A stretch of DNA of 57,416 bases from a virus (lineage: Duplodnaviria > Caudoviricetes): the IMG/VR virus record IMGVR_UViG_3300022824_000002, positions 1-57,416 of that record; one strand, 5' to 3'. Shown piece by piece: positions 25,995 to 36,726 of the stretch (position 1 is the first letter of the stretch; every line of letters starts with the position of its first letter). Below the pieces are notes generated by a model, which was given only the letters and a program-made list of their open reading frames with translations, was not told where the DNA came from and searched no databases. The translations under genes and the position numbers were made by a program.

Positions 25995-28900
25995 TTAGGT
26001 TATTCCCCATCTACTAGGGTTTGGAGTGTTTAAACTACGCGACACCCTTTGCAATCCTTTAGTAACTTGCCTAGAATTGTTAGCTAATGCTCTTTCAACG
26101 CTCCTGCCATCCATTGCGGAAATATTATAAGTAGGATTGTGACTAATGCTAGCACCGTCAGAACCGCCACCAAACATATTACCAAGAGATTCAGAATTAT
26201 TTTGACTAGCAGGAACAATCCGTTCGCCCTTATGGATTTGAGCAACTTGGTCATGTGTAACGTTGTTTGTACCAACTGCATAACTAGGCAATTTAGAACT
26301 ATAGTAAGAGTTACTAGATCGAACGTTTGTAACTGTTGATCCACTACCACCACCCATGGAACCGAGAATGCCAGCAATTAATACAAGTATTCCCATAGTA
26401 CTTTCAAGCCCAGTAAGTGTTGACTGTGTTGTGCCATCAGCAGCGGCTTTAATTGCTTTACCAGTGGCAATTTGTGTAACTTCGTTCATTATCGCTTCAG
26501 ATGCCCATTTTGCAAACATCTGTACAATACTATCGAGAATTGATTTAGTCATATTTTGAAAAAGACTTCTTACAGTTTCTGTCTGTTCCATTACTTTGGC
26601 AATGTTTTGCGACATAACGCCCTGTACTTGTGTTTTAAGATCTTGCCAAGGCTTAACCATGATAGTAGTTAGTTGGTTCGCGTTTTTTGTAGCATCAACT
26701 GAATTTTTCGCTCTCAATGAGCTCAACTGTGCATTAAGTTGCTCCTGTTGTGCAACTATAAAAGCATTCATTTCAGGATATAACCCTTTTATAGTATCCA
26801 GCATAGATATTTGATCTTGTAAGTCTTCTTCTTCTAACCCTCTTTTCGTAGCCGCCAAAGAATTCAACTGTTTAATCTCATCAATCTGCGAAATTTGCCC
26901 TAGAGCATATTGTTGTTTTATATTTTCTTCTTTAATGGCTAAGCCTTGTTCTGCAATTTCACGATCATTGTCCAGCTTTTTCTTATCCAGCGCCATCATT
27001 TTAGTAATGTTTTGCTGTTCAAAATCAAGAACGGCTTTTTCGGCATCAATTCTTTCAACTGATCCAGTCAAAGTATGAGCTGATATATCCTTTAATATTG
27101 TAATGTTCTTTTCATACGCTTCTTGGGTGTTGGCTTTGCCCTGTGCAATTTCCAGTTCCAAAGTTGCTTTTCTTAAATCTGAATTTTCTTTAAAGGCCGC
27201 TGATTGCAATTCATATTGACCTTTAGTAAAGTCTGTTTGTTCTTCGGTCTTTTTTTGTACATCAGATAAAAGTTTTAAGTATAATGCTAGTTTTTGATCG
27301 TTAGTATACTTTTGCCCTGAAATTTCTGCATCCGATTCTGCTTTAGCAGCTTCAGCTTCATATTTACTTTTAGCTAATTCATATGGTGAAGGGCCTTTGT
27401 CTTTTTCTTTTTTACTATCGGTTGGACTAAGTTGGTTTCCTGCTCCAGTATCCCCGCCTCCAGTATTATCACCACCAGTCACTGACGACATAATACTTTT
27501 CGCTTTACTAGCTACACCTTCAAATGCAAGAATACCACCAGTTTTAACACCTTCCCATGCATTACTAGCTATATTACCAATATCAGTCATTGCACCTGAC
27601 CAACCGCTAACAGTTTGATCGATGCCTGCTTGTATTGTTGCAGGGTCTAACGCTAGTGCGCCTTTTAATACGTTGAAAATTCCCGAACCAATGTTTTTTA
27701 AATGTTCCCATAGTGCGGTAAATGCCTGAGCAATTGCATTTATTGATCCTGCCGTGGCATCCTTAATGCCATTAAAATTCGTATACCATGCCGTGGCTAA
27801 TGCAGCTACTGCTACACCTACGACAACTACAGTACCAATTAATATATTTAACCCTGCCGACATTGCCGCTTCTGCTCCTGCAGCTAAAAAGCACCCATTA
27901 CTAAACAAAGCAACCGCCGCTGTAGCAATTTCGGTCACTGTTGTTATAGCTGTCATAACTGCTGATGTGCCTACTGTTACGGCTGTCCACGCTGTTTGCG
28001 CCGCCATCGTTGCATATACGCCTAGTCTGTATAGTCCAATTACGCCGATTACCACACCAATGTATTCTATTGCTGTTTCTACTGCGCTTACTAGTGCCGC
28101 ATGTGCGTCTATCCAATCATTTACAGACCCAATAGCACCATTTATCATAGATGGGATACTAACAATAAACTTGCCAAAACTAGCTAATGCAGGCAAAACA
28201 GCGCTGCCGATCTCTACCGATAAAGATTCCAATACTAGTTTTAAATCTCGTTGCGCCTGAATATATGCGCCATAGTTAGCCATTTGTTTTGGACCTAACA
28301 CAAGTCCTAATTGTTCGGCTTTTTTTGCAGCGGCCTGTAATTCATCACCGGTCAACTTGCTAAATTTAGCTATATCAATTTGTGCTTTCTTAAAAATTTC
28401 TACTGCTGCCACATTCCTGGACGTGCCAGATTCAGTATTTTTCAACACGTTAGCAGTATCCATTAGAATATCTTGCGTGTTCCTGAAAGTACCATTGGCA
28501 TTTGTTGTTTTAATACCTAGTTCTTCAAAACCTTTACCATTGGATTCTAATTGTTTAGCAATAGCCTTGGAGGCACTTAAATATTCGTCAGTAGTTATCC
28601 CAACCTGTTCTAATGCAACATTCAAACCAGATGCTTTTTGGGAACTAATTCCCAGGCTGTTAGATAGTTGCCAAATTTCCTTGTAATAACTAGTCGTAGC
28701 ACCTATCGCTGATCCAAATATTGCTCCACCGGCGGCAATGGCTGATACTTTCATTAACATGCCCTGCAATCCCGCAAATGCTGAATTAACAGATCGCATA
28801 GATTCATTGATTGATACACCCATACCTCTTACAGATAAGGATATCTTTTCTGTGGCGGCTGTAGTTGCTGTCGTAGCTTTAATCATAGCAGCATCCGTAT

Positions 28901-29036
28901 TACTGGACATTTGTTGCATGGAACTACTCATGGTTTTAGTTGCATTGTTGATTGAAGCTATAGCATTATCAATTGCAGCAGTTAACTGACTGTAATCTGC
29001 TTCAATACCAATTTTTAAATTACTGTCATCTGACAT
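25995..29036 (-). CDS. Tape measure protein
   Basis: 1013 aa, Ala-rich helical with TM-like stretches, C-terminal LPSYAVGT..AQIHKGERIVP; synteny. Confidence 0.93.
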   Translation of the reverse strand: MSDDSNLKIGIEADYSQLTAAIDNAIASINNATKTMSSSMQQMSSNTDAAMIKATTATTAATEKISLSVRGMGVSINESMRSVNSAFAGLQGMLMKVSAIAAGGAIFGSAIGATTSYYKEIWQLSNSLGISSQKASGLNVALEQVGITTDEYLSASKAIAKQLESNGKGFEELGIKTTNANGTFRNTQDILMDTANVLKNTESGTSRNVAAVEIFKKAQIDIAKFSKLTGDELQAAAKKAEQLGLVLGPKQMANYGAYIQAQRDLKLVLESLSVEIGSAVLPALASFGKFIVSIPSMINGAIGSVNDWIDAHAALVSAVETAIEYIGVVIGVIGLYRLGVYATMAAQTAWTAVTVGTSAVMTAITTVTEIATAAVALFSNGCFLAAGAEAAMSAGLNILIGTVVVVGVAVAALATAWYTNFNGIKDATAGSINAIAQAFTALWEHLKNIGSGIFNVLKGALALDPATIQAGIDQTVSGWSGAMTDIGNIASNAWEGVKTGGILAFEGVASKAKSIMSSVTGGDNTGGGDTGAGNQLSPTDSKKEKDKGPSPYELAKSKYEAEAAKAESDAEISGQKYTNDQKLALYLKLLSDVQKKTEEQTDFTKGQYELQSAAFKENSDLRKATLELEIAQGKANTQEAYEKNITILKDISAHTLTGSVERIDAEKAVLDFEQQNITKMMALDKKKLDNDREIAEQGLAIKEENIKQQYALGQISQIDEIKQLNSLAATKRGLEEEDLQDQISMLDTIKGLYPEMNAFIVAQQEQLNAQLSSLRAKNSVDATKNANQLTTIMVKPWQDLKTQVQGVMSQNIAKVMEQTETVRSLFQNMTKSILDSIVQMFAKWASEAIMNEVTQIATGKAIKAAADGTTQSTLTGLESTMGILVLIAGILGSMGGGSGSTVTNVRSSNSYYSSKLPSYAVGTNNVTHDQVAQIHKGERIVPASQNNSESLGNMFGGGSDGASISHNPTYNISAMDGRSVERALANNSRQVTKGLQRVSRSLNTPNPSRWGIT

Positions 29037-29691
29037 TATCTACTCACACCCCCTGAACCGCAAAAGTCTGCCATAAAATCCTCAATATAATTGCTGTATT
29101 GTGAGGATGTTTTTGGTTCTTCGGTTGCTTCATCTTCTTTTTTACCGCCACCAAGAAAAGCTAATAGCAATGCACCGGCGTGTGGATGATCGTCTCTATA
29201 TCGCATGTGAGAGAACAAATCATCCATATCCATGTGCCAGTCTATATAATCGTCTTTATAATTAAATTCCGCAGCCAACATGGCGTAAGTATAGCTAAAA
29301 TCTATTCCGCTATCTTCGCCGTTTTTGTTGCCTGCGGTTGGATTTTTTTTGCGTATTCAACCATTTGCTTTTGTACTACCTCATTTTGACTAATTAAATG
29401 CTGGACCAATGATAATGCCGTAACAATGTCAGAAATATCATCTTCAATTTCCACTTTTGTTATTTTAGGATAATTTCGCAATAGTGCTAGATATGTTAGT
29501 TCCACAATATCGTCTAACTGGTCAATAATATCAGTGAATTTAAATCCCTCTTTGTCTTTGGCGTCTTGAATGTTTTGCATCTTTTCAGCTGCACCATGAT
29601 GTTTATAAGCACCAATGCCAAGCGGCGGTAATATATATTTTTTACCTGCAAGATCAATTTCGTAACCTTTATATTTAACAATTCCGTCCAT
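29036..29691 (-). CDS. Tail assembly chaperone pair G (29302-29691) / GT via -1 frameshift
   Basis: A8 slippery run at 29343-29350; the -1 frame is open and in frame with ORF 29036-29281. Confidence 0.85.
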
Positions 29692-29762
29692 AATTCCACT
29701 CCTTGTTTTTATTTATTAAAAAAGGGAAGCACCCTTATTAAAGAGTGCTTTTATATAATAAG

Positions 29763-30908
29763 TTATAAACTTCCCACTGACATCCATCCGAGGCCACCCG
29801 ATGAATTACTAAACGCGCTAAAGTCAAACGACTTACCATTAAAATCTTCAAGTTTCCAAGCAAGCGATAGTTTAGTACTTAAACAGGCATTTAGCCAAAC
29901 ATTGTTTTGATATGTTGATCCAGATACTTTGCTTACCATGTTTGTTGTTAAGAATAAACTAAAGTAAGTAGCAGCTCCTTGTGGCTGGTTATTAAGAGCC
30001 ATCGTTCTACCGTTTACGCTATCTTTCCATAGATAACGTACAATAACGCTTTTATTATTAGTAGCATCAGCTGCATTAAATGTATATACGCCAGTAGTTG
30101 CATTTACATTGTACTGCCCACTTGCGGCATTCCCTGATGTATCGCTCGCAGTAAAGGCAGCACCGCCAGTTACATTTGCTGTAAGCATTACTGACGTAGC
30201 TGTGGTAATCATCTGCAAAGTTTCGGAACCAGACACGCCCATAAAAATAGCGTATCCAGCCGCATTAACCACAGGGGCAATGTTTACCGTTACGCTATTA
30301 GTTGAACCCGTTAAGGCTCCAGTTGTTTGCCCTGTACTAGCAGCAGTAACACCAGCAGATGGCAATGTAAGTCCTGCTTGTTGCACACCAACTACGTTGC
30401 ATTGTGTTAATGCATTAGCTGTAATTGCAGCTACTTTTACACTAAGCGTACTTGCACCAATAGAGCCGCCGGTCGTGGCAACAACTACACCAGGAGCGGT
30501 TGTTGCAGATAATGCCCCGCCAGTAATCAGCATAGGTACCTGATTAAAAGCATTACTTACATCAACAACACCCATGTTTTGATAGAAACAGCCTGCATGG
30601 GATGGTGTGTACGTAGAAGTGCCAGTAGACATTGTAAATGCTTCTTCTGCATAAACATATTGTCCTGCGGATACAGTACCAAGGCCAGATGTTAATAGAT
30701 TAAGCGAATCAGCATTTACGTTTTCAAATGTTGCTTTCCCTGACAATTTACCCTTGCCAAGTGCGATTAATTCAGCAAATCTCATGTTGCTATAAAGTTC
30801 TTTTGCTCCTGCATCAAAATCCATTGAAATGTCCTGTAATGTTGCCAACTCAATAGGGCTAATGCCATTCATGACAATTAATTTTCCAGTACCGAAAGAA
30901 TATTGCAT
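29763..30908 (-). CDS. Major tail tube protein with inserted beta-rich domain
   Basis: FGTG..LQDISMDFD..KELY..ALGKGKLSGKA, G.YTFNAAD, KLEDF..FDFSAF; synteny. Confidence 0.88.
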   Translation of the reverse strand: MQYSFGTGKLIVMNGISPIELATLQDISMDFDAGAKELYSNMRFAELIALGKGKLSGKATFENVNADSLNLLTSGLGTVSAGQYVYAEEAFTMSTGTSTYTPSHAGCFYQNMGVVDVSNAFNQVPMLITGGALSATTAPGVVVATTGGSIGASTLSVKVAAITANALTQCNVVGVQQAGLTLPSAGVTAASTGQTTGALTGSTNSVTVNIAPVVNAAGYAIFMGVSGSETLQMITTATSVMLTANVTGGAAFTASDTSGNAASGQYNVNATTGVYTFNAADATNNKSVIVRYLWKDSVNGRTMALNNQPQGAATYFSLFLTTNMVSKVSGSTYQNNVWLNACLSTKLSLAWKLEDFNGKSFDFSAFSNSSGGLGWMSVGSL

Positions 30909-30924
30909 ATTTTACCTCCTTAAA

Positions 30925-31395
30925 TTAAGTTAAATCAATAGCTTTTACTCGATATTTCGCTGATAGGTGGTATGTTCGCGTATCAGCTTCGTACAAATCG
31001 TCATTTACGTATGATTCAATGCACGACATAATAAAAACACCTGCGGTCTTAGCCGAGGTGCTTAAATAAGTATATTTAGGTGTTATAAGATTACTAACTT
31101 CAATGGTTTTCTTTACTTCACGGTAAATATTCCAGATTTCGGTATAGCCAGGAGTTCCTTGATTGCTTTTACTCCATACATCAATTTGAAAAACAAAATC
31201 ACTGCCAATTTGCTCTCCGTCAGTACCTCCACCCTGTCTACCCATAGATATTGCTGGGAATAACGGATTGGATGCCGAGGTAATATGATTTGGGTAGATT
31301 GCTTCGGTACCATCAGCCGTGGTAGCGGTGATATTTGTTATGTTTGTATTTAGTAATAACGCCTGTATAACAGCTTGTGTAAATGCGTACATCAC
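30925..31395 (-). CDS. Tail terminator/completion protein
   Basis: FPAI..FQIDVWS; position before tail tube. Confidence 0.75.
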   Translation of the reverse strand: MMYAFTQAVIQALLLNTNITNITATTADGTEAIYPNHITSASNPLFPAISMGRQGGGTDGEQIGSDFVFQIDVWSKSNQGTPGYTEIWNIYREVKKTIEVSNLITPKYTYLSTSAKTAGVFIMSCIESYVNDDLYEADTRTYHLSAKYRVKAIDLT

Positions 31396-31396
31396 A

Positions 31397-31894
31397 TCAC
31401 CTCGACTTTCTACCTATTGCAATACCACTTTTAAGCATAGACACGGCTTTCGCCTTAACTTCCACCCATGCGTGTCCTAAGAAATCTCTAGGACGCATTT
31501 TCGATGTGCCGTGTATTAGGTATTTAACGTAAGGCGCATCAGATTCAGACACACTAACTGAAATTGTAACTTTCGTATCTGTAATGGCCACTTCGCTTTT
31601 TATGGCGTTATAGAGCGTACCATCTTGAATATGTACTTGATCATCAGGATGTGGCCCCGAATCAGTACCCATTTTTGCACTATATGCGCCAATGTGTCCC
31701 TTTCCAAATTGATGATATTGGGCTAACTCTTGCAGATCGTGATCAGTTAAAGATGCTTTTTTCTGTACTGCGCCTAAAATAATTCCTGCAGTCTGATCGC
31801 AAACTTCTTTGAAATGCGGATCTTGCCCAGGATTGAGATTTTTTAAATTAATAACAATATTGTCTAATCCCTTAACATATACAGTTCCACTCAT
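31397..31894 (-). CDS. HK97 gp10-like neck protein
   Basis: APYVKYLIHGTSKMRPRDFL motif. Confidence 0.8.
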   Translation of the reverse strand: MSGTVYVKGLDNIVINLKNLNPGQDPHFKEVCDQTAGIILGAVQKKASLTDHDLQELAQYHQFGKGHIGAYSAKMGTDSGPHPDDQVHIQDGTLYNAIKSEVAITDTKVTISVSVSESDAPYVKYLIHGTSKMRPRDFLGHAWVEVKAKAVSMLKSGIAIGRKSR

Positions 31895-32208
31895 ATTACA
31901 CCAGACTCAATCTCTACCTCGTAGTGAGATAGCAACGAATACGAATTTACATTTGTGACCTTATATGTGATATTCGTGGTCAAGTCAGTTACAACATCAT
32001 TTTGTTGAATATCAATAATAGGACAAAACATTACTTTAAACATGATATTAGTTGATCCAGCGCCAGCAACAATTAAATTTCCTTTACGTGATTGAATGTT
32101 ACATTTTTGAGATAGGTTTATTACATTTAAACTAAATTCTGGCTCATTTAATGCTGTCACGCCTGTTTTTTGATTACGCGAAATACTTATAGTATCAGGA
32201 AAAATCAT
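31891..32208 (-). CDS. Head closure protein
   Basis: Size, synteny, DIQQNDVV..YKVTNV pattern. Confidence 0.7.
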   Translation of the reverse strand: MIFPDTISISRNQKTGVTALNEPEFSLNVINLSQKCNIQSRKGNLIVAGAGSTNIMFKVMFCPIIDIQQNDVVTDLTTNITYKVTNVNSYSLLSHYEVEIESGVI

Positions 32209-32786
32209 CCACTTCTCACCCTCACATAGCCCCCACTAGCTAGAATCCGCTTGGCAATATCAGGTATGTCACTAGTATCAGATCGAGTAATTTCAATATC
32301 ACCCTGCTTGATGGATTTGACCATACTTACATTCGAATCCTCGCTCAGAAAATAATCATCCAATAAAGGTGCGGCAGATAATATAACGGCTTTTTTCAAG
32401 TTAAACGGTATGGTCGCAAAGCCATAATCATATGTCAAGTTAGCCAGATAAGTACCGTCACCTATAATCACATCAGCCATTACATATGCCTGTACAGGTA
32501 AATATAACGTTTTAGTTGCTGTATATGTATTCCAATTATTATCAATCAAAACAATACTCTCGATATTACTGACCGATAAATTGAACGGAAAAACCTTTGT
32601 TTTACCATAACGCACTCTAACCAAATGTTGCTCTACTACAGCCACGTTTGGTGTAAACGTTTGATTGCAATACGCGTCTACAGCACAACTTGCAGTCTCG
32701 CAGATGTTTAATAAGTTTGCCTGATCACTAGCATTGCTAATGTTGTAACCTAGTTCACTTAAATCACTTACAGCTATATACGCCAT
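32205..32786 (-). CDS. Head-tail adaptor
   Basis: AS.AVDAYCNQTF, Y.YGF.TIP.NLKKA. Confidence 0.78.
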   Translation of the reverse strand: MAYIAVSDLSELGYNISNASDQANLLNICETASCAVDAYCNQTFTPNVAVVEQHLVRVRYGKTKVFPFNLSVSNIESIVLIDNNWNTYTATKTLYLPVQAYVMADVIIGDGTYLANLTYDYGFATIPFNLKKAVILSAAPLLDDYFLSEDSNVSMVKSIKQGDIEITRSDTSDIPDIAKRILASGGYVRVRSG

Positions 32787-32788
32787 AA

Positions 32789-33109
32789 TTATCCACCTAC
32801 TTTGACATGCGCCTCAACCTGTTTTTTGTGGTTAGGATGAACCTTTACTTTGCCATCAACGACCTTATAACAAGTATCGCCTATACAAATAGTGCTATTT
32901 TTAAAAGACTCACCATTGATGACGATTTCCACTTTTTCAACAACACTAACTACCACATCGGTTTTATTATCTAAAGCCGACTTAATTTCTTCCTGGTGTT
33001 CTAAAAAATATTTCAATGCTTCTTGGTCAATTTCAGGGCTTTTAATTTCTGTTTCAGATTTTTCGGTTGGTGGTTTTAGTTCTTTTTCGTTTTTTTCTTT
33101 CATTTTCAC
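32789..33109 (-). CDS. Hypothetical head-associated protein
   Basis: ORF track; position after capsid gene. Confidence 0.6.
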   Translation of the reverse strand: MKMKEKNEKELKPPTEKSETEIKSPEIDQEALKYFLEHQEEIKSALDNKTDVVVSVVEKVEIVINGESFKNSTICIGDTCYKVVDGKVKVHPNHKKQVEAHVKVGG

Positions 33110-33167
33110 ACTTCCTTACTAGTAAATTAGTAATAGGGACGCATAAGACGCCCCTATATCAATATTA

Positions 33168-34673
33168 TTAAGAAATACCAGCTTTAAAGTTAGTTATAAT
33201 GCCACAACTAGCGGGGAAATAACCTTTTAAAGCACCGTAAGCACTAATAGCAAACGGTAAGGTAGGCGATTGTGGCGCATAATCTTCAGCAAGGTAATCG
33301 AACCCTAATTCCATTTCCCAAGTGCTAGGAATATCGGCAGACGGATAAGGGATGGTATCGGTCAACGCAATAATAGTCTGAGCAGGTAACCAAGGATGAA
33401 CAATGAGTTCAATTTCCTGTCCTTGGTAAGATTTATTTACATATGACCGCACACGATAACCACCAACCAAGTTAGCCTTTTCGCTCGCTTGATTTTGCAT
33501 GTACACCACAGGCGCACCGCCAGTACTTACAATCGCATTAGTAATATCGCCAAATGCCTGTACGCCACAAAGGTAACGGCTAGGTCCTAATTTATATTGC
33601 TTATAAAGATAAGCGTTAAGATTATCTAGTTCTTGCACACCAGCGCTAGATTTATGGAGTGTTTGAGTACCACCTAAATCTGTATAATAGCCACCGCCAG
33701 CAATAATCTGAGGAATATAACCATCAAATGCCAGAGGATCAGCAGAGCCATTTACGCTGATAGTAGAAACGGCATCACCGCCAGCAACAAGAGCCGTCAA
33801 TGTAACAGCAGAAATAGTAGTAACAATTTGCAATGTTTCAGATCCAGCAACACCGCAATACCACGCATAGGCTACCGCTCCAGTTACAGGAGTAACAGAC
33901 GCAACAATCGAATTAGTTGAACCTGAAAGCACGCCGGTTGATGTGCTAGAAGAAGCTGCTGTACATCCATCGACAGAGTTAACCAGTCCACCAACAATAC
34001 TAGATGTATTGCCAAGCACGCCACCTAATGATAAGTTAGCCTGTTGAATGTCCAATGCGCCCGTTCTATTAGCAGCAACCAAGGTTAATGCGGCTACTTT
34101 AACAGAATAAGTGCCTGCAGCAATAGTACCACCTGTACCAGAAGGAGTTACGGTAGGAGCCGCTGTATTTGCGAGGCCAGTAGTTGTATTGCCTCCCACA
34201 ATCAGTTTTTCTTCTTCTGTCATACATCTAAGCAATGCAAAGGTATGTTGTTTTGCAAATAAATCATCTTCAAAACCTTTAGCGGCTGCCAATGCTTCAC
34301 GCGTTACCTGATCAGATACACCAAATGATTTAAAAGGGAATGCAACAGGAGAAGTGTTGTAACTCAATGCAGCCCCTTTTTGACCTTCAAGTCTGGATAA
34401 GGTACCAGATTGATTAACACTTTTAATTACTTTGAAATTAGCCACCGTGCCAGTAGGGCTTACCTTACGTGGAATCCGATTGCGTTCGGGGGATGCGAAA
34501 GGAACTAGTGAGCGGGCTACAGATTCCAGATTATAACCTGTTAATCCAGTACTGGTGGTTACTCCTGATTTGGCAAGTTGACCACCAGTCCAAATACCGC
34601 CAACACCCGTACCTTTCATTAAATTTAATGTTTCTACACTAACTTGATTAATATCACCCATATACATTATCAC
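33168..34673 (-). CDS. Major capsid protein with inserted beta-rich domain
   Basis: Follows protease/scaffold; EEKLIVGGN, AFDG, IVHPWLP; terminator after. Confidence 0.85.
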   Translation of the reverse strand: MIMYMGDINQVSVETLNLMKGTGVGGIWTGGQLAKSGVTTSTGLTGYNLESVARSLVPFASPERNRIPRKVSPTGTVANFKVIKSVNQSGTLSRLEGQKGAALSYNTSPVAFPFKSFGVSDQVTREALAAAKGFEDDLFAKQHTFALLRCMTEEEKLIVGGNTTTGLANTAAPTVTPSGTGGTIAAGTYSVKVAALTLVAANRTGALDIQQANLSLGGVLGNTSSIVGGLVNSVDGCTAASSSTSTGVLSGSTNSIVASVTPVTGAVAYAWYCGVAGSETLQIVTTISAVTLTALVAGGDAVSTISVNGSADPLAFDGYIPQIIAGGGYYTDLGGTQTLHKSSAGVQELDNLNAYLYKQYKLGPSRYLCGVQAFGDITNAIVSTGGAPVVYMQNQASEKANLVGGYRVRSYVNKSYQGQEIELIVHPWLPAQTIIALTDTIPYPSADIPSTWEMELGFDYLAEDYAPQSPTLPFAISAYGALKGYFPASCGIITNFKAGIS

Positions 34674-34720
34674 TCCTTATTATTTTTCTGCAATTAAAAA
34701 ACCGCCCATTATTTGGACGG

Positions 34721-36208
34721 TTAGGAATAAATTTGTTTCATTTTCAAGGTGCTTAATTGCATCCTCATTGTTTGTATTTCAGCAGGATTATCAGACTTGG
34801 CAATAATCTGCTCATATAAAGCAATTTTCTGCGTATCCGGATCAGCTGTTTGTTCTGGATTACCACCTCCTACCAATGATTTTTCCATAGCAGTGGCGTT
34901 TAATATCGGGCCACCTGGCAATGGTGCGTTTTCCAGTTCAATCACTTTTTTAGCCAATGCTTCATTCTCAGTCTTAAAGCCGTTTAAAGCTTTCTCTAAA
35001 CTGTCGAATCTCTCCATAAACTTAGTTAGCGATTCATTTTCACCTTTATGTAAATCGGCTGCAGCCGTTGACACCTTGGTTAACTCATCAGGAATGATGC
35101 TTTTTTGGGCATCGTCAGATTGATATAATTTTTGGCACTTATCGCATTGACAAGCACCGCCCATATCGGCAATGTTGTGATGCATTTGCTGAAGTTGTTC
35201 GATGGTATCTTTACTATGCTTTGCGCCAGCTTTTTCAAGACTTTCGGCTTCTATTGCTTTTTCAATTGGTTTTTCTTCAATAATTGGTTCAGCAGGTTTT
35301 TCTTCTGTTTTTTGCAAATCGCCTGTTTGATCGGCTTTACCACCCATTAACTCTGCCCCCTCGTCTGTCGTACCATCTTCATCAACCACTGGCACATAAC
35401 TTACTTTCACCTGTTTGGCATCACCTAAAGTAACTACCCCTTGGTCATCAATGGTATAGGCAATTTGATACATATCATCATCACCGTCACCATCCATATC
35501 ACCTTCAATAATTACCGAGTCAGGATATGTTTGTTGTATCCAAAAATAGCCACAATTGAACGGTGTTTTTAGCTTGGAGTTAATCGCCCCGCGAAGTCGG
35601 TCCCTTATTTCCTCAAAAGAAAAAGCCTTTACCAAATCATTCTCGGTAAGGGCTTTTTGCATATCTGCCAGTATTGTTTTATTAACTTCCATTGGTTCCT
35701 CCTTACGTTTAAATTCTCGTTGCTCAGTTAACCCGTCAGCCTTAATAATCTCAAATGTAGCTGATGGATTGCATCCAAGGTCCACTATGCTTATTTCGGC
35801 AGGTTTTGCCGTGTAACGGGTTTTTGTAGGGTCGTTGGGATCTTTCCATCTTTTAACGTAACTACCGCCAATGCTAAAGCCTGTATAAACACCTTCAAGA
35901 CATTTGTTCCATTCGTTATCATCAACAACTTTGGCGCAAATTGGCATTGATTTAGCAACGTCATCCATAACTAACTGAGTAACCTTTCCTGCAGCAATTC
36001 CAGTATGCATTGCTCTTAAATTTCCTAATGACTTACCATCTGTAGCTTTTGAAATATCGCCCGACCATTCTTCAAAATAGGATTTTGAACTATCATAATC
36101 AAAAATCTCATCTGCATGATCCGGCGTTTCATCAGCGGCAATACCATAAACCAGGCGTTTTTCGACATCAATTTTGGTTATTGGGATAAATAAATTCAAT
36201 AATACCAA
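34721..36208 (-). CDS. Prohead protease/scaffold fusion
   Basis: LRAMH..AAGKV, GVYTGFSIGG, EISIVD.GCNP.A, acidic coiled-coil C-terminus. Confidence 0.88.
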   Translation of the reverse strand: MVLLNLFIPITKIDVEKRLVYGIAADETPDHADEIFDYDSSKSYFEEWSGDISKATDGKSLGNLRAMHTGIAAGKVTQLVMDDVAKSMPICAKVVDDNEWNKCLEGVYTGFSIGGSYVKRWKDPNDPTKTRYTAKPAEISIVDLGCNPSATFEIIKADGLTEQREFKRKEEPMEVNKTILADMQKALTENDLVKAFSFEEIRDRLRGAINSKLKTPFNCGYFWIQQTYPDSVIIEGDMDGDGDDDMYQIAYTIDDQGVVTLGDAKQVKVSYVPVVDEDGTTDEGAELMGGKADQTGDLQKTEEKPAEPIIEEKPIEKAIEAESLEKAGAKHSKDTIEQLQQMHHNIADMGGACQCDKCQKLYQSDDAQKSIIPDELTKVSTAAADLHKGENESLTKFMERFDSLEKALNGFKTENEALAKKVIELENAPLPGGPILNATAMEKSLVGGGNPEQTADPDTQKIALYEQIIAKSDNPAEIQTMRMQLSTLKMKQIYS

Positions 36209-36291
36209 CTCCTTTTAATTAATCTAATGACGGTTCATTTTCGGAACTAAATTGCTCATCACTTCCTGCAGAGGGAGGGATAATCAATGTT

Positions 36292-36714
36292 TTACTGTTC
36301 ATAACCAGCAATAAAGTAAGTCGTCAACGTAGCAACAGTTGTCGCCCCAGCCTGAGCAGTAACAGGAGTACCACCCGCGACAGATGGTTCGGTACCGATG
36401 TTAATTGCGTCGAACGCTTCCGTATTAATTGCGTGTCCGATAATAATCGGTGCTGTATTAAGTGAAGCAGATGCGTTAACAGATACTTGTGACGGATTAG
36501 CAGAGTTATTACAGAAGATAACATCTGTGAGATAGAATGTTTTTCCTGCCGTTACGGTATAAAGTGTTGCCGATACAGTTACGCTCGTACTAGTTGTGAT
36601 TGTCCCTGTAAAAGTTTTCATGGTCTGCGCAGGAGATTTCGGAGCCATTGTCATAGGCACTGGATTAGTTACGGACACGTCTAAATTGTTTACTCTCAGA
36701 CTTGCATCAGGCAT
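36292..36714 (-). CDS. Thr/Ala-rich beta protein, probable virion component
   Basis: LYTVTAGKTFYLTDV pattern; head module position. Confidence 0.6.
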   Translation of the reverse strand: MPDASLRVNNLDVSVTNPVPMTMAPKSPAQTMKTFTGTITTSTSVTVSATLYTVTAGKTFYLTDVIFCNNSANPSQVSVNASASLNTAPIIIGHAINTEAFDAINIGTEPSVAGGTPVTAQAGATTVATLTTYFIAGYEQ

Positions 36715-36726
36715 ATGTTCATCTCC

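Noticed and set aside
26084-35816. Numerous + strand ORFs of 60-170 aa over structural genes
   Set aside because: Antisense shadows of Ala/Thr/Val-rich minus-strand genes, without RBS or motifs
36225-36275. Hammerhead ribozyme-like GTGATGAG...CGAAA on minus strand
   Set aside because: Core C of CUGAUGA missing and stems I-III cannot be formed
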